Source: Sphagnum compactum
Taxonomy: Eukaryota
DNA length: 64,000 nucleotides
Assembly (NCBI GenBank): GCA_965153455.1
Contig: OZ234493.1
Coordinates: 7,616,213 to 7,680,212 of the forward strand
Direction: 5' to 3'
Position numbers and translations under genes: made by a program. Position 1 is the stretch's first letter. Each line of letters opens with the position of its first letter. Of this stretch, positions 53,256-64,000 are shown in pieces. The notes beneath the pieces are model-generated. The model was not told where the DNA came from. It made no database searches and saw nothing but the letters and a program-made list of their open reading frames with translations.

Positions 53256-54900
53256 TAGCTCCTTTGATCGTGTTTTCACCCATGTACCCAATCGAAGAGT
53301 GTTCCTATGTATTCAAAGGATTATATTTTTATGGTGCAGCTAAAACTTGAATTAACGTCGTATGAGCAAGCATCACAACATTTAAGATGGAGAGAAACAA
53401 TGAAGCAAAGATACGAGTTTATTATAAAAAACAAGATTGGACTTTTATAGACTTGCTGCAAGGAAAAGTTTTTGTGACAACCAAGTGGGTATATAAGACA
53501 AAGATGGGAGTAAATGGAAGTATATAAAAACCAAAAGTCGTTTGGTGGCCCATGGGTTTGAAGAACAAAAAGGAATCGATTATGAAAAAACATTTGCATC
53601 TATTATGAAATGGGCAATTATATAGATGGTAGTTGCCTTAGTTATTCAACAAAATTGGAGCATCAAACATCTAAATGCAAAAATTACTTTTTAAAATGAT
53701 GATCTTGCAAAACAGGTCTACATCAAACAACATTAAGGTTTTGAAGTAAAAAGGAAGGAACATCAAGTGTGTTGATTGTCTCGCCCAATTTATGGGCTAA
53801 GGTAAGCATTTCGAGCTTGGTATGCCAAAATAGATCACTTCCTACATACACATGGTTTAACAAGGAGTGATATGGATCATAATTTATACTACAATGTTTC
53901 AAGAAAATGATGTGTGAACTTCATACTTTATGTTGATGTAGATTTGTTCTTTATTAGAAGTAATGTAATTACATTAGCAAGGATCAAACAACAAATTGAA
54001 AAACATTGAGATGTCCAAGTTGGGATTAATGATGATTCACATAAGGGTAGAATGTCAAAGTGCTAACAAGTGTCATGCTCATGCAAAGAAGGTATGTAAA
54101 AATGATACTTACAAGGTTCAACATGATAGATTGTAATCTAGTTGCAACTCCTATGGAAAAAAGGATATGGTTGCAAAGTGACATGAGCTTAGGATATACT
54201 GACCACACTAAATACTTGAGTATTGTGGGGCATTATTTGATTTTTTCACAAATCCAAGACCAAACTTTTTGTTCACAATAAGTTTTGTGAATTGATACAT
54301 TATAGTGCCACAACAAGCACATATGGAAGCAACCAAATGGATTTTACAATATGTTAAGGGAACAATTGATTAAAGATTATTCTTTTCAAGGAAGAGTGTT
54401 GGACAAAATGTTTATCATAGGGTATCATAATGCAAATTGGGTGAGGGATTTGGATAGGAGGAGATCAACAAGTGGCCTACTATTCAAAATGGGCCTTAGT
54501 TCAATTGTATGGAGTACGAAATTAATTGCAACCAATTGTGGTTTTATCCACCATGGAAGCAAAATATAAAACCCTTGCAGATGGAGTTAAAAATGTTATT
54601 TGGATAAAAAGGTAGTGAATGAGTTCGATTTTCAAGATTATGTTCTAACCACCATTTGGTGTGACAATTAGAATGCCATGAAGTTGATTAAAAATCATGT
54701 ATTCCATGCAAGAATGAAACATATAAAATTACATCAACAATACATTCATGAGAGAATAAAAGTAGGAAAAATTGACGTGGTGTATATTGCATTGAAAGAA
54801 CAAGAAAGATACATCATGATCAAAACATTTAGAAGAGCATATTTTAAACTTTTGAAAAGAATGATTAGAATGCACAATATCCAAAAAATTTATTGAATAT

Positions 54901-56925
54901 CACTAGAAGAAATGTTGTCCATTCTGACCATATTTTTGAAATTACTATACAGCTAGTAGTGTGTTAGTCCTACGTGTCCATGTAATTGCAACTTGTTATA
55001 ATTGCATATGCAACTATAAGAAGGGTTAAACCAAATTCTAGTATTAAATGCGACTATAACTTACAACTAATATGATTTTCATTGAAAATGTAAATGAAAA
55101 GTGAACAATGTCATTCGATTTTGATTACATCCATCAATGGATGATACTGTAGTTGGCAACTACAATGAATTTTTTTGCAAATGCAATAATAATATTCTAC
55201 CACATGTATAAATAAACATAAACCACACATGGCAAACTTTACTATTTCAATTGGACTATTAAGCCTTCAATGTACCCATCCATGGGTCTTCTCTGCAATT
55301 TTCCATGGGTTTTCTTTGATATAAAATTTAATAGTTAATAGGTTGCTAGAAAAGGCTATTATAATCTAGTTGGTAAACCAAGCTAGGTAATTTTAATAGG
55401 TTATGTTAAACTAAATAGGCCTGTGTACATTGGTAGCCTAGCTTAGCTTACATACTTAATTGATTGGCCTAAATTATTTATAGGTAATAGTAGGCTAGAT
55501 TATAAGGTGTAGCTAATAGGTTAAGTTATGAAGGTTAATCCTAGTTAGGCTAGGTAAGCTAGGTAGGTAGTTGGTAGGTTAAATCATTAATTAATTGGTA
55601 GACTAGGTAGTAGGTAGTAAGTAGGATAGGTAATAGGTAGGTAATTAGTTTATTGTGTGAATATGTGATCATGTTTTGATATATTTAATTATTTAAATAA
55701 GGTTAGGTACTTAATCAATTAACTAGATAAGCTAGGTAGTATGTAATAAGTAGGATAGGTACTAACTAGTAGGTAGTAGGTAGGTAAGTAAGCTAAATAA
55801 GAGGTATTTTAATTGTGGATATGTTATAATGTTTTTATATTAATTGATTAATTAATTAGCTATGTTAAAAAATTAATTTATTAAATGTAGGCTAAGTAAT
55901 TACTTTATTAGGTAGGCTAGATAGTTATAGATAGTAGGTATGTAACCTAGGTAGTATTAACAAGTATGTAGCCTAGGTAGTATGTGATAAGTAGGATGGG
56001 TGGTGGTAAGTAGTAGGTAGGTTCAAATATTGTGAATATTTTATTATGTGGATATATGATATATATTTATTATTATTATAAATTAGGTAGGTTAGGTAAT
56101 ATATAATAGGTATGTAGCCTATGTAATATGTAGTAAGTAGGATAGGTAGTAAATAGCTAGGGAAAATAGTAAATATTTTATTGTGTGGATACATGATAAT
56201 GTTTTTGTATGGGACAAATGATGTGATAGTGTTGTAGTGTTGTAGTGTTTCCCTTTCGTTAGAATTTATCCCATATCATCTTTTGTTTACACCTTCAAAC
56301 TTGTAAAGTATAAAAGTAGACGAAAAAACAAACTATGTTCATGGTATGCACTATAAACATAGTGCATGTGCCATTTGGGATGAGCTAATCAAAAGGTTTG
56401 TCCCCAACAAAATGAATAGGATCCTACCTACCTACCTACTTAGCCTATGTTAGGTAACCTATTATAGTTTAGCTTAAGATAAATTATAATTGATTAATTA
56501 TAATGTTTAATTATTGTCATTATAATATTTGATTGTTGTAATTATAATTTATCTTTTTGGAACAAATGAAAAATTGTCATGTGGTTTATGGCCATTGGTT
56601 CTTTAAACTACCACATGGGTAATCCTAATCACCTGTCAATGGTACATTTGGTAGCATGTGACTACCCCAAATGAAGTTTCTAATGTAGTCACAAATTGGG
56701 GTTCCACATCATACTAAGAATCATCCATAGCAATGGATGAGAAATTCTGGCCTAATTGTAAGGTTTGGGACTATAGTTCCAACTTCATGACCATATCATG
56801 TCTTTTGCAATTGATTGTCTTCTGGCATGTGTCTAAAGCAACTAAACTATTTTTAGTCATATATGTCCATTACAACTACAAATGAGTTGCAAATTTAGTC
56901 ATTGATTTTTAAATTTCTTCTAGTG
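54901..56925. mobile_element. Non-autonomous CACTA (En/Spm) DNA transposon, 2025 bp
   Basis: Perfect 13-bp TIRs CACTAGAAGAAAT (54901-54913) and ATTTCTTCTAGTG (56913-56925). 3-bp TSD TAT at 54898-54900 and 56926-56928. Subterminal (G)CAACTA motifs at both ends. Interior is TAGG-rich low-complexity sequence with no transposase. Confidence 0.9.
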
Positions 56926-59419
56926 TATCCCTTAGAAATAACAATAAACTCTTGAACTTGTACTTGGGTGGTAAGTTGTGAAGGAAGATGTTGTAACACA
57001 CCTAGCCATTAGTAATAGTAATTTAGTATGCAACTCCATCCAAAACAAAGACCCAACTCATGCTTCTCAAAAAATACAACACCTGTAATTATAATAAATA
57101 GGTAACTGCATATTAAAAAAAATTATGTTGTGATGACCTTAGATTAAAGAATCATGGTGGTGACAAAAGTTAATAATGATGACTTTGAATCAAAATTACG
57201 TAGATCAACATAATAAAGATGGTGACTGTAGTTAGTAGCATCAATTTATATATTTTTGGCAATTTGTATATATAGATGTGCATTCATCTTTTTACTTACT
57301 CAATTTGAAAATATTTTATATGATTGCAAATGTCAAATTCTTCCTACATCTTTTTGCAAAATTCGATCATATGTTTAATTGTTAGAGGATAACAATAGAT
57401 TTTCCTATCCTTTGACCAATTTCTCTTGATGTGCCAAATCAGGCAACTACTTATGTGCCACACACACTTTCTTATTGATCCCTTGCACTTCCTTTTGAGG
57501 TTGTGATGCTCCATTCCTTTTAGTAACATCTTTGGAGTTGTTCCTACTTTTCTTTTTGGTAACTTCTATGAACCTTTTTATGTCAACCTTAAGGCCACAA
57601 CTAATGGCCTTTTGCCCATGATCGCCTTTTTTTCTTGACTTGTAGCATGTTTTGAGTGAGCCCTCCATTTTCTAAGGTTTGGTCTCGGTTCCTTTCTGCC
57701 ATCACCATTCAATGTGCCTTTGAATCTTGGGCTCAATGTGCACTTCACTATGCTTTTCCTTGTTTGGTATGCTTGACAATCTCCCAATAAATGGAACAAG
57801 TTGTTGATTATTATGTGTTGTGAATGGTAATATGAAGTTTTCTTGCTAGATAATATTTTAAAAAAAATATTCTAGCTTTCAAATGAGTAGATTTTAATGA
57901 TTGTGATAAAGGCCTATTGGAAGCACTTCCTTGGCAAAGCTCAAAAAGGATTGAATCACCTTTTTTGCACATGATGCTTCCATGACTTCCATTAGTTTGT
58001 TTGCCTCCACCATGGTAACATCTTCTTCCATTTGAAGTAAAGGATATGGGATAAATTGAGGTGCTATGGGAAACACCCTTGGGGAACATCATTGGGAACA
58101 TAAGGGAACAAACTAGGAACATGACGAGAACACAAGAATTTAAAAAATCCTATCCTCACACCTCCCCCGTCCAAGGGATAAAAGATGAACTTTGTCGGGT
58201 GCATGTTTAGTCATCTCATTGGTTGCATGTAGATTGTTTTTTTAAACATGGTTGCCACCTTTTTTCTACTTAAACTAATATTGCTTCTACAAAGCACACC
58301 ATACCAACCTTTTTTTTGCAATGATATGTTGCCAAAATCTGGATATTAAAAAAACAAGGGCAATTTTGGAGGTTTTCAATCACCAGAAGTGAGGGAAATA
58401 AATAGATAAATCATCAAATTTCATTGTGTAGTAGCCAAACATATAAAAGGATCAAATATTTGCACTTTATTTTGGTTTTGTTCTATAGCTAGATTTGACT
58501 AAAGGAAATTTTGAAACGCGATAGGCTCTTGAAAGACATGTTTGAAGAAGAGACTTGAAACTCAAGTTTGTTGTCGAAGGTGTTTTGGTGCCAAAGATTG
58601 GGAGCTTAGGTTTGAGGGTTGGGATCTTTACTTCCGTGGAGTTTGTGGTGATAACTTACCATTGGTGATAAATGTGAAAATCTTCAAATTTCAAAGATAT
58701 ATCAATTAAATGCAATATTGAAATATCCCTAGGTTACCATAAGTTGATAGTAATGTTGATAACTTGCCACATAGGCTTTACTTATCAATTAGACCAATTG
58801 TAATTTGAACAAAACTTGGTATTTACATCATTATATGTGATGCTATCTACATCTGTGAATGACCTTGAAGCTAAACATTGCACATACCATTTGGCAACAA
58901 GCATAGTCTTCATGAACTTGGATCAATTGTCTATGAGGGATTCAATTCTACGGTCCAAATGTGTGAACTACATGTTGGCCATGTTGGCCAGTTATTGTAA
59001 TTTCCCATAATACACAAGGTATCAATATCAACAAATTCAAAAGTTTAAACAGGTCAACTATCAATTCCATTGTCAGAATAATTTTCCCAATTATTAACAA
59101 TTTATTGCTTGGTTTTTTTTAAATAATAAATATTGGTTATGCATAAAGGTCGGTTATAAATACCTGCCTTGAATAATACCTAGGTTATAGAATTTTTATT
59201 TATATATTTATTTATATATAGGTTATACATACCCAAGTTGGTAACCGGGTATTTTTTGGGATAACCAGCCGACGTGGGTGTGAATTATTTCCCATTGCTT
59301 TTATTCTTTTCCTGTTGCTGTTACTTTTCTCGCATGGTGTTGCTTTTTTCGTGTGATGAAGTAAATTAAATTATTAACTATTTAATTAGTAAAACTGATT
59401 TATAATTAATGAAAATTTA

Positions 59420-59659
59420 AATAATCAGGTCGTGAAAACCGGATCTCAAAAACCGGTGGTTGTAGTATATACGAGAATCGACTTATCTGAGAATCGAGTG
59501 CGTTTGAAAAAAATAAAAATGGATAACCTGATCGGTTCTCACCAGCCCCCCCCCAAAAATGAATATATTAGAGAACCGATCAGGTTCTCGTAACATCACG
59601 AGAGAACCGGAATCGGACGGTTCTCACAAAAAAGTGAAGTGAGAACCGCCTAACCACTG
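59420..59659. mobile_element. hAT-like non-autonomous element end with GAGAACCG/CGGTTCTC subterminal repeats
   Basis: Multiple GAGAA(C/T)CG and GGTTCTC motifs end in GTGAGAACCGCCTAACCACTG. Its reverse complement (CAGTGGTTAGGCGGTTCTCAC) resembles the terminus at 62584. The other end was not located. Confidence 0.5.
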
Positions 59660-62583
59660 GTGTGAACTGCGAACGTTTGGACTCGTACACAAAAAAAGAC
59701 TGCCATGATTGGACTTCCTTTTCCAAAAGAGATTTCCAAGTGAGCTGAAAATAAAAAAATCTCCTCTTTTCTTTCCTCTACCTACTCTGCTTTTGAACTG
59801 GTAACTTCCATTGGACTCTTTAGATTTTGATTTTTTTTTCATTTTTTATACACATCTTTTGTATATGTCAAATACACCAAGAATGTGTGTGCAAGGGAAA
59901 TCTCCCATCATCCAGAGCTGACATTCTACCTTTTACTAAATCTTCAGTGGATCCAGAACAAAATCCATTGAAGATACACTAAATTCAAAGATCAAAGCTC
60001 ATGAGTTTGAACTCCCATGGGGTGAGTACACACCTATTGAATATCATCAGCTCAATAAAAGCCTTTACATGCTTTGAAAGTTTTTCAGTAGAGGTAAAGG
60101 GTATATAGGTTTTGCAACTTTACCTATCCAAGTGAGGGTCAAAGTAAATGACCAAAATTTGCCGTGTCTTCAAAGGTTTTGGTATAGTAGGTACATATGC
60201 ATCATTTGCCCTAGAGATGTAAGCAAGGCGAGGTGAATCAGAATTTGCATGAGATGTGTGTAAAGAAATGACACATTGGCAAGTGGAAAAAAACAAACAA
60301 TTAGTTGTGCAAACATGAGCACCTGGCACTAACGTCGTCTTGAGGGGAAATTAGGAAAGATAGAAACAAACCTTTATGCACACATAATACAATTCAGGGG
60401 ATTCTTGTGGTAATGGCAAACGGTGGCACAATCTAAAATGTACCTTGGTAAGGTGTAAAGTAGCAACTTTTATTCAATATAATTATGCCCGTTGACTGAA
60501 TAAAGCGAAAAAAACAAAATGTGTGCTAAAGTCAATGACCGTAACATCATAACCAAATTGCATTACAAAATGCTAGAATCCATATAAGCTATAGGATGAT
60601 TCTTTTGTATACCTTTCTTTTCACCTACCTCAAGAGTCAAAAACAGTTGCCCTTCTTGAAAGAAAGAAAGGTAAATCTCAAACATATTGTTATTAGATAG
60701 CGTACAAGAAAATATGGTTTTTCTCACACAAAATGTTGCGACTCATGACACCTGTGTGAGGTACACTTTGTGGTTTCATCCATTACAATGTACAATATGT
60801 GATGTTTATTGTAACATAACATATTACATTAAAACTACGGTTTGACATTAAGTTATGGCAAATGTTATACATAGTAGGTAAAATTGAACTCAATTCCAAA
60901 CTAGATTTGGTTTTGATTTGTTTTGAAGAACTAAAAAACCAAAAGTTTAGGAATGTGAGAAGCTGAATCAAACTTGGCTCCATCAACATGTAACAAGTTG
61001 TTAAGTTGGAGTGATCACTGATCGCAGAATGGTATTATTGATCATTATTTGGGTAATTGTTGGTTCTTTGCAGTGAGAGAGAATTGGTTACTCTGACATC
61101 TGTGATATGACTTGGAAATCTGTGAAGAAGTTGGCTACATAGCTCAATCAACAATTTTGAAACCAGCTCCATAAATGCATCCTATGACGAAGATCCATAC
61201 TCCTATCACAGTTTCTAAGCTGCCCCTATGTGACACATGCTAACCTTTGGAGCTAGCCTGCAACAGAAGTGATAATAATTGATGTGGTCATCAGGTCAAC
61301 TTGTTATGAGTTGTTGTTTCATTCCTCTTGAATATCTAAGAAAATAAGCAGGTTTTCCACTAATATTTTATGACAAATCTAAGGACACATTTTTCCCGTT
61401 TGGGAGAAAAACTCTCTTTTTTTGGAACAGTGCATATGTCCTCTCTTTCACCATTGTCAATGCCCTATTAAGTGCCTACATACCTGGAAAGATCCCTTAT
61501 CAAATCTAAAGTGCATTTGCCATGCGGTTTTCTTTTCCGTGTCCATGAGTCAACCGTTTACTTTGTGGTAGGAAGAAAATGGCCCACAATATCTTGCACC
61601 CAAAGCATGGCATTATTGCCATGGACTTTAGGCAAAGGAGGTGTTTATTGGTGTACCTAGATTTCAGAAGAGAAAGAAGTCATCAAAGGTTGAGGAACCT
61701 TGGCACCTTAGAATTTTCACCATCAATGAAGAATACTGGCTTGGTAAATTTCTCCAAAGAATTGAAAATTTTGAATGATGCCTGAAACTAGTAAAGTTCA
61801 AGCTTTCAATGGTGGGTATTTTTCAATCCTCAACCAAATCTCATGTTTTTTAAACCAAAAGATTCAGGTTGAAGTCCCCTACATCTCTACCCAGTCAGAT
61901 TATAAAAAGTCCAATCGTTTACACGACTTTTGGCCTGGTTGGTTGTGGCTGGTTCTTCTTTTGAATTGGGACTTTTTCCGTCAAGTGAAGTGTAAGGGTT
62001 AACTTAGCTGGAAAATTTGCTGGGTGTCAATAACTGAACGAGTGGAATCCAACACTGTATGCAACATGTATGCAGTGGAGTTCATTGAGAAGGATCGTTA
62101 CAGCTGCAGTGTATGGCTGTAGCTCTATTTTTAATCATATTGCTTCTGGACACACCTGTTCTCACTTCAACTAGCCCTCTTTTATGAAGCCAATGGCCAA
62201 AGGAATTTGATTGCCACCTGCTGGGCCTTTCATTGAAGAAGAGCACTGTGATGGAATGGGGAATTGATCACAAGCTCCTAAGCTGGGTCATTACTTACTT
62301 TGCAACACATTGTCTCTCACTGCCTGAGTGCTTCACTTGCAGTTCTTGCATCTTCAGGTGGACAAGAAGGGTTTAGGGTTCTGGTTATACAGATAGACCT
62401 GCATTGCAGCTTTCTGGTTAGGTTCGGTGTTGGGCAGTTCTCTGGTTTTACTGATAATCATTGGGTATGGATTTTAAGAAGAGTGTAAGATTTGTCATGG
62501 TTCTTTATCTTCATTTTTTTCATCTTCAAGAAACTTGGGCTGGGTTTCAAAATTTCGAAAGAAATGATTTCACCTGCTTTTCA

Positions 62584-64000
62584 CAGTGTTGGTTCTCACA
62601 CATTTGATCCTAGCCAGTTTTCCAAGGCGATTTTCACATATCAATTATCAAAAGTTCTATTTTTCCAACATGAAATTTTTTATTTCAAACATTTTATACG
62701 TTCACAATTTCATCCCATTCAAAACGAACTTTCAAAGTTTTCTAACTTCTCTAAATCTAGATCCTTTTCAATTAACTCCACCAAATTGAAATGTGGTTTG
62801 CAATCAAGATTATGATCACTTGACCAATTTTTGCTTAGAAAAATGAATTTTTCTAGATTGTCTCTAGATTGTCCAATTGTAAATGGCATGTCCTTAGGTT
62901 TATAAATATGCCCATTGAAAAAAAATCCTCATTCTCAATTTGCGATCCTATAATGCTTAGGACTTGGCAAGTTAAAAAATCAACAATAGGAAACATGGTT
63001 TTACATTTTCCTCACCATTGAAAAAAAACATTTGATTTCGTTGGGATCCACTTGGTAATGTTTGAAAATCAATGACAAGTTCTTTCGCAAGTTTAATTGT
63101 GCTAACACTCTACTAAAAAAATCCAAACTTGAATCTTCATCAAGTATTTGTTTTACACAATACTTTAAGTTCTATCATTAAATGCAAATGATGATAGCAC
63201 TTCATAAGCATAGGATCGCCTATCATATTATTCAACAATACACACCTTCCTTGCAACCAATAAAAGAAAACATTAAATGAAGGCTTTTAAACTTAGGGTC
63301 TAACATCAAAAATAACATATTGGAACTTTTTTTCATATTTTTTAAAAAGAAAAGAAAATTCCAAAACACCACAAATTTCTTTTCTAATGTTGGAATCAAA
63401 CAAAGTGAATTCAAGAAAAACCCCAAAACCATCATCAATCAAATTGACTTGGGTTGGTGAATTTGTAATTTCTTCCCTAAATTTTAAGCACATAATAGTA
63501 GTAGTTTACAATGCATCATAAAATAACTAGTGGTTATTAGACTGGTTCAAAACATTCACAACAGGAGAAAAAAAATCTATAATTATTTTTTAAATGTCCC
63601 AAGTAAGAAGAGGTGGCATTCTTTCAATGATTTTGACAATATTATGTTTGCTGTAGCAAAGGATAATGATATCCTTGAATTGTAAAGCCTCTTGGAACAT
63701 AATGATTTTGATAATAAACCTACAATTAAAATTATAATTACAATGTTAATGTTTTCTTCTAATACAATCCAAAGAAGACTAAAATATAAAATAAGCAAGT
63801 AATAAATATTAGAAATTTACTTTTGTTTTCAATAAACTATTCAATTTTTGGGGTTGAAGATGAGAATTTTCATAAGCCTTGTTCCATTCATGTTTGCTTT
63901 TCCCAAATTTTAAGGCCAAATTATACATTTATGTAAACTTAATTGTGTAAATTTGATTGAAACATATCTCAAATTTCTATAACTTTTTCATTAATTGTAA
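62584..64000 (-). mobile_element. hAT transposon remnant (C-terminal transposase part and one terminus)
   Basis: Minus-strand fragments NMLFLMLDPKFKSLHL (~63320-63275) and QW*GKCKTMFPIVDFLTCQVLSIIGSQIENE...KNWSSD (~63020-62810) resemble the hAT C-terminal dimerisation region. Putative TIR CAGTGTTGGTTCTCAC at 62584. Runs off the window end. Confidence 0.75.

Larger units (their letters stand above)
50440..57000 (+). mobile_element. Degenerate Ty1/copia LTR retrotransposon interrupted by nested insertions
   Basis: Gag zinc-knuckle remnant RCNNYGEWEH*AQEC near 50495-50530. Integrase remnants QLTTTNTPHQNKVAK*KIHTFLDKTKSM (~51905-51990) and RVFGCLTYVHI...KCIFLGY (~52135-52230). RT remnants GIDYEKTFAS, IYGLR*AFRAWYAKID, ILYVDVDL (~53400-54300). 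RNase H remnant GYHNANWVRDLDRRRSTSG...HARMKHIKLH (~54420-54896). INT-RT-RH order is copia-type. Putative PPT/3'LTR start GTTGTGAAGGAAGA-TGTTG near 56975-56993. Many stops and frameshifts; boundaries approximate. Confidence 0.88.

Noticed and set aside
57344..62490. Short coding-like ORFs at 57.3-58.1 kb and 61.4-62.5 kb
   Set aside because: Fragmented with no motif I can recognise. They may be decayed genes or TEs but cannot be supported without a BLASTX search.

Overview
Eukaryotic, AT-rich, intron-containing land-plant DNA. Repeat style and gene structures suggest a moss such as Sphagnum, which is inference only. There are two intact genes in convergent orientation: a HECATE/INDEHISCENT-type (subfamily VIIIb) bHLH transcription factor (+, 31489-33552, 2 coding exons) and ARP3 (-, 39498-35496, 10 exons, 426 aa). 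Next to them lies a full-length, intron-retaining eEF2 pseudogene (-, 44153-41316) with 3 stops, 3 frameshifts, a ~26-codon deletion and a strong CpG-deamination signature. The rest is transposon debris and repeats: a decayed Ty1/copia element (~50440-57000) with nested insertions, including a CACTA element with perfect TIRs and TSD; a 154-bp CACTA MITE; three hAT transposase remnants; several minisatellites; and a perfect 25-bp hairpin. The first ~29 kb has no recognisable intact protein-coding gene. I found no convincing novel multi-gene system. The best leads are the eEF2 decay pattern, the complex leader and upstream region of the bHLH gene, the nested repeat architecture, and an unexplained island at 12.3-16.9 kb. 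All homology calls come from motif recognition from memory, with no database search.
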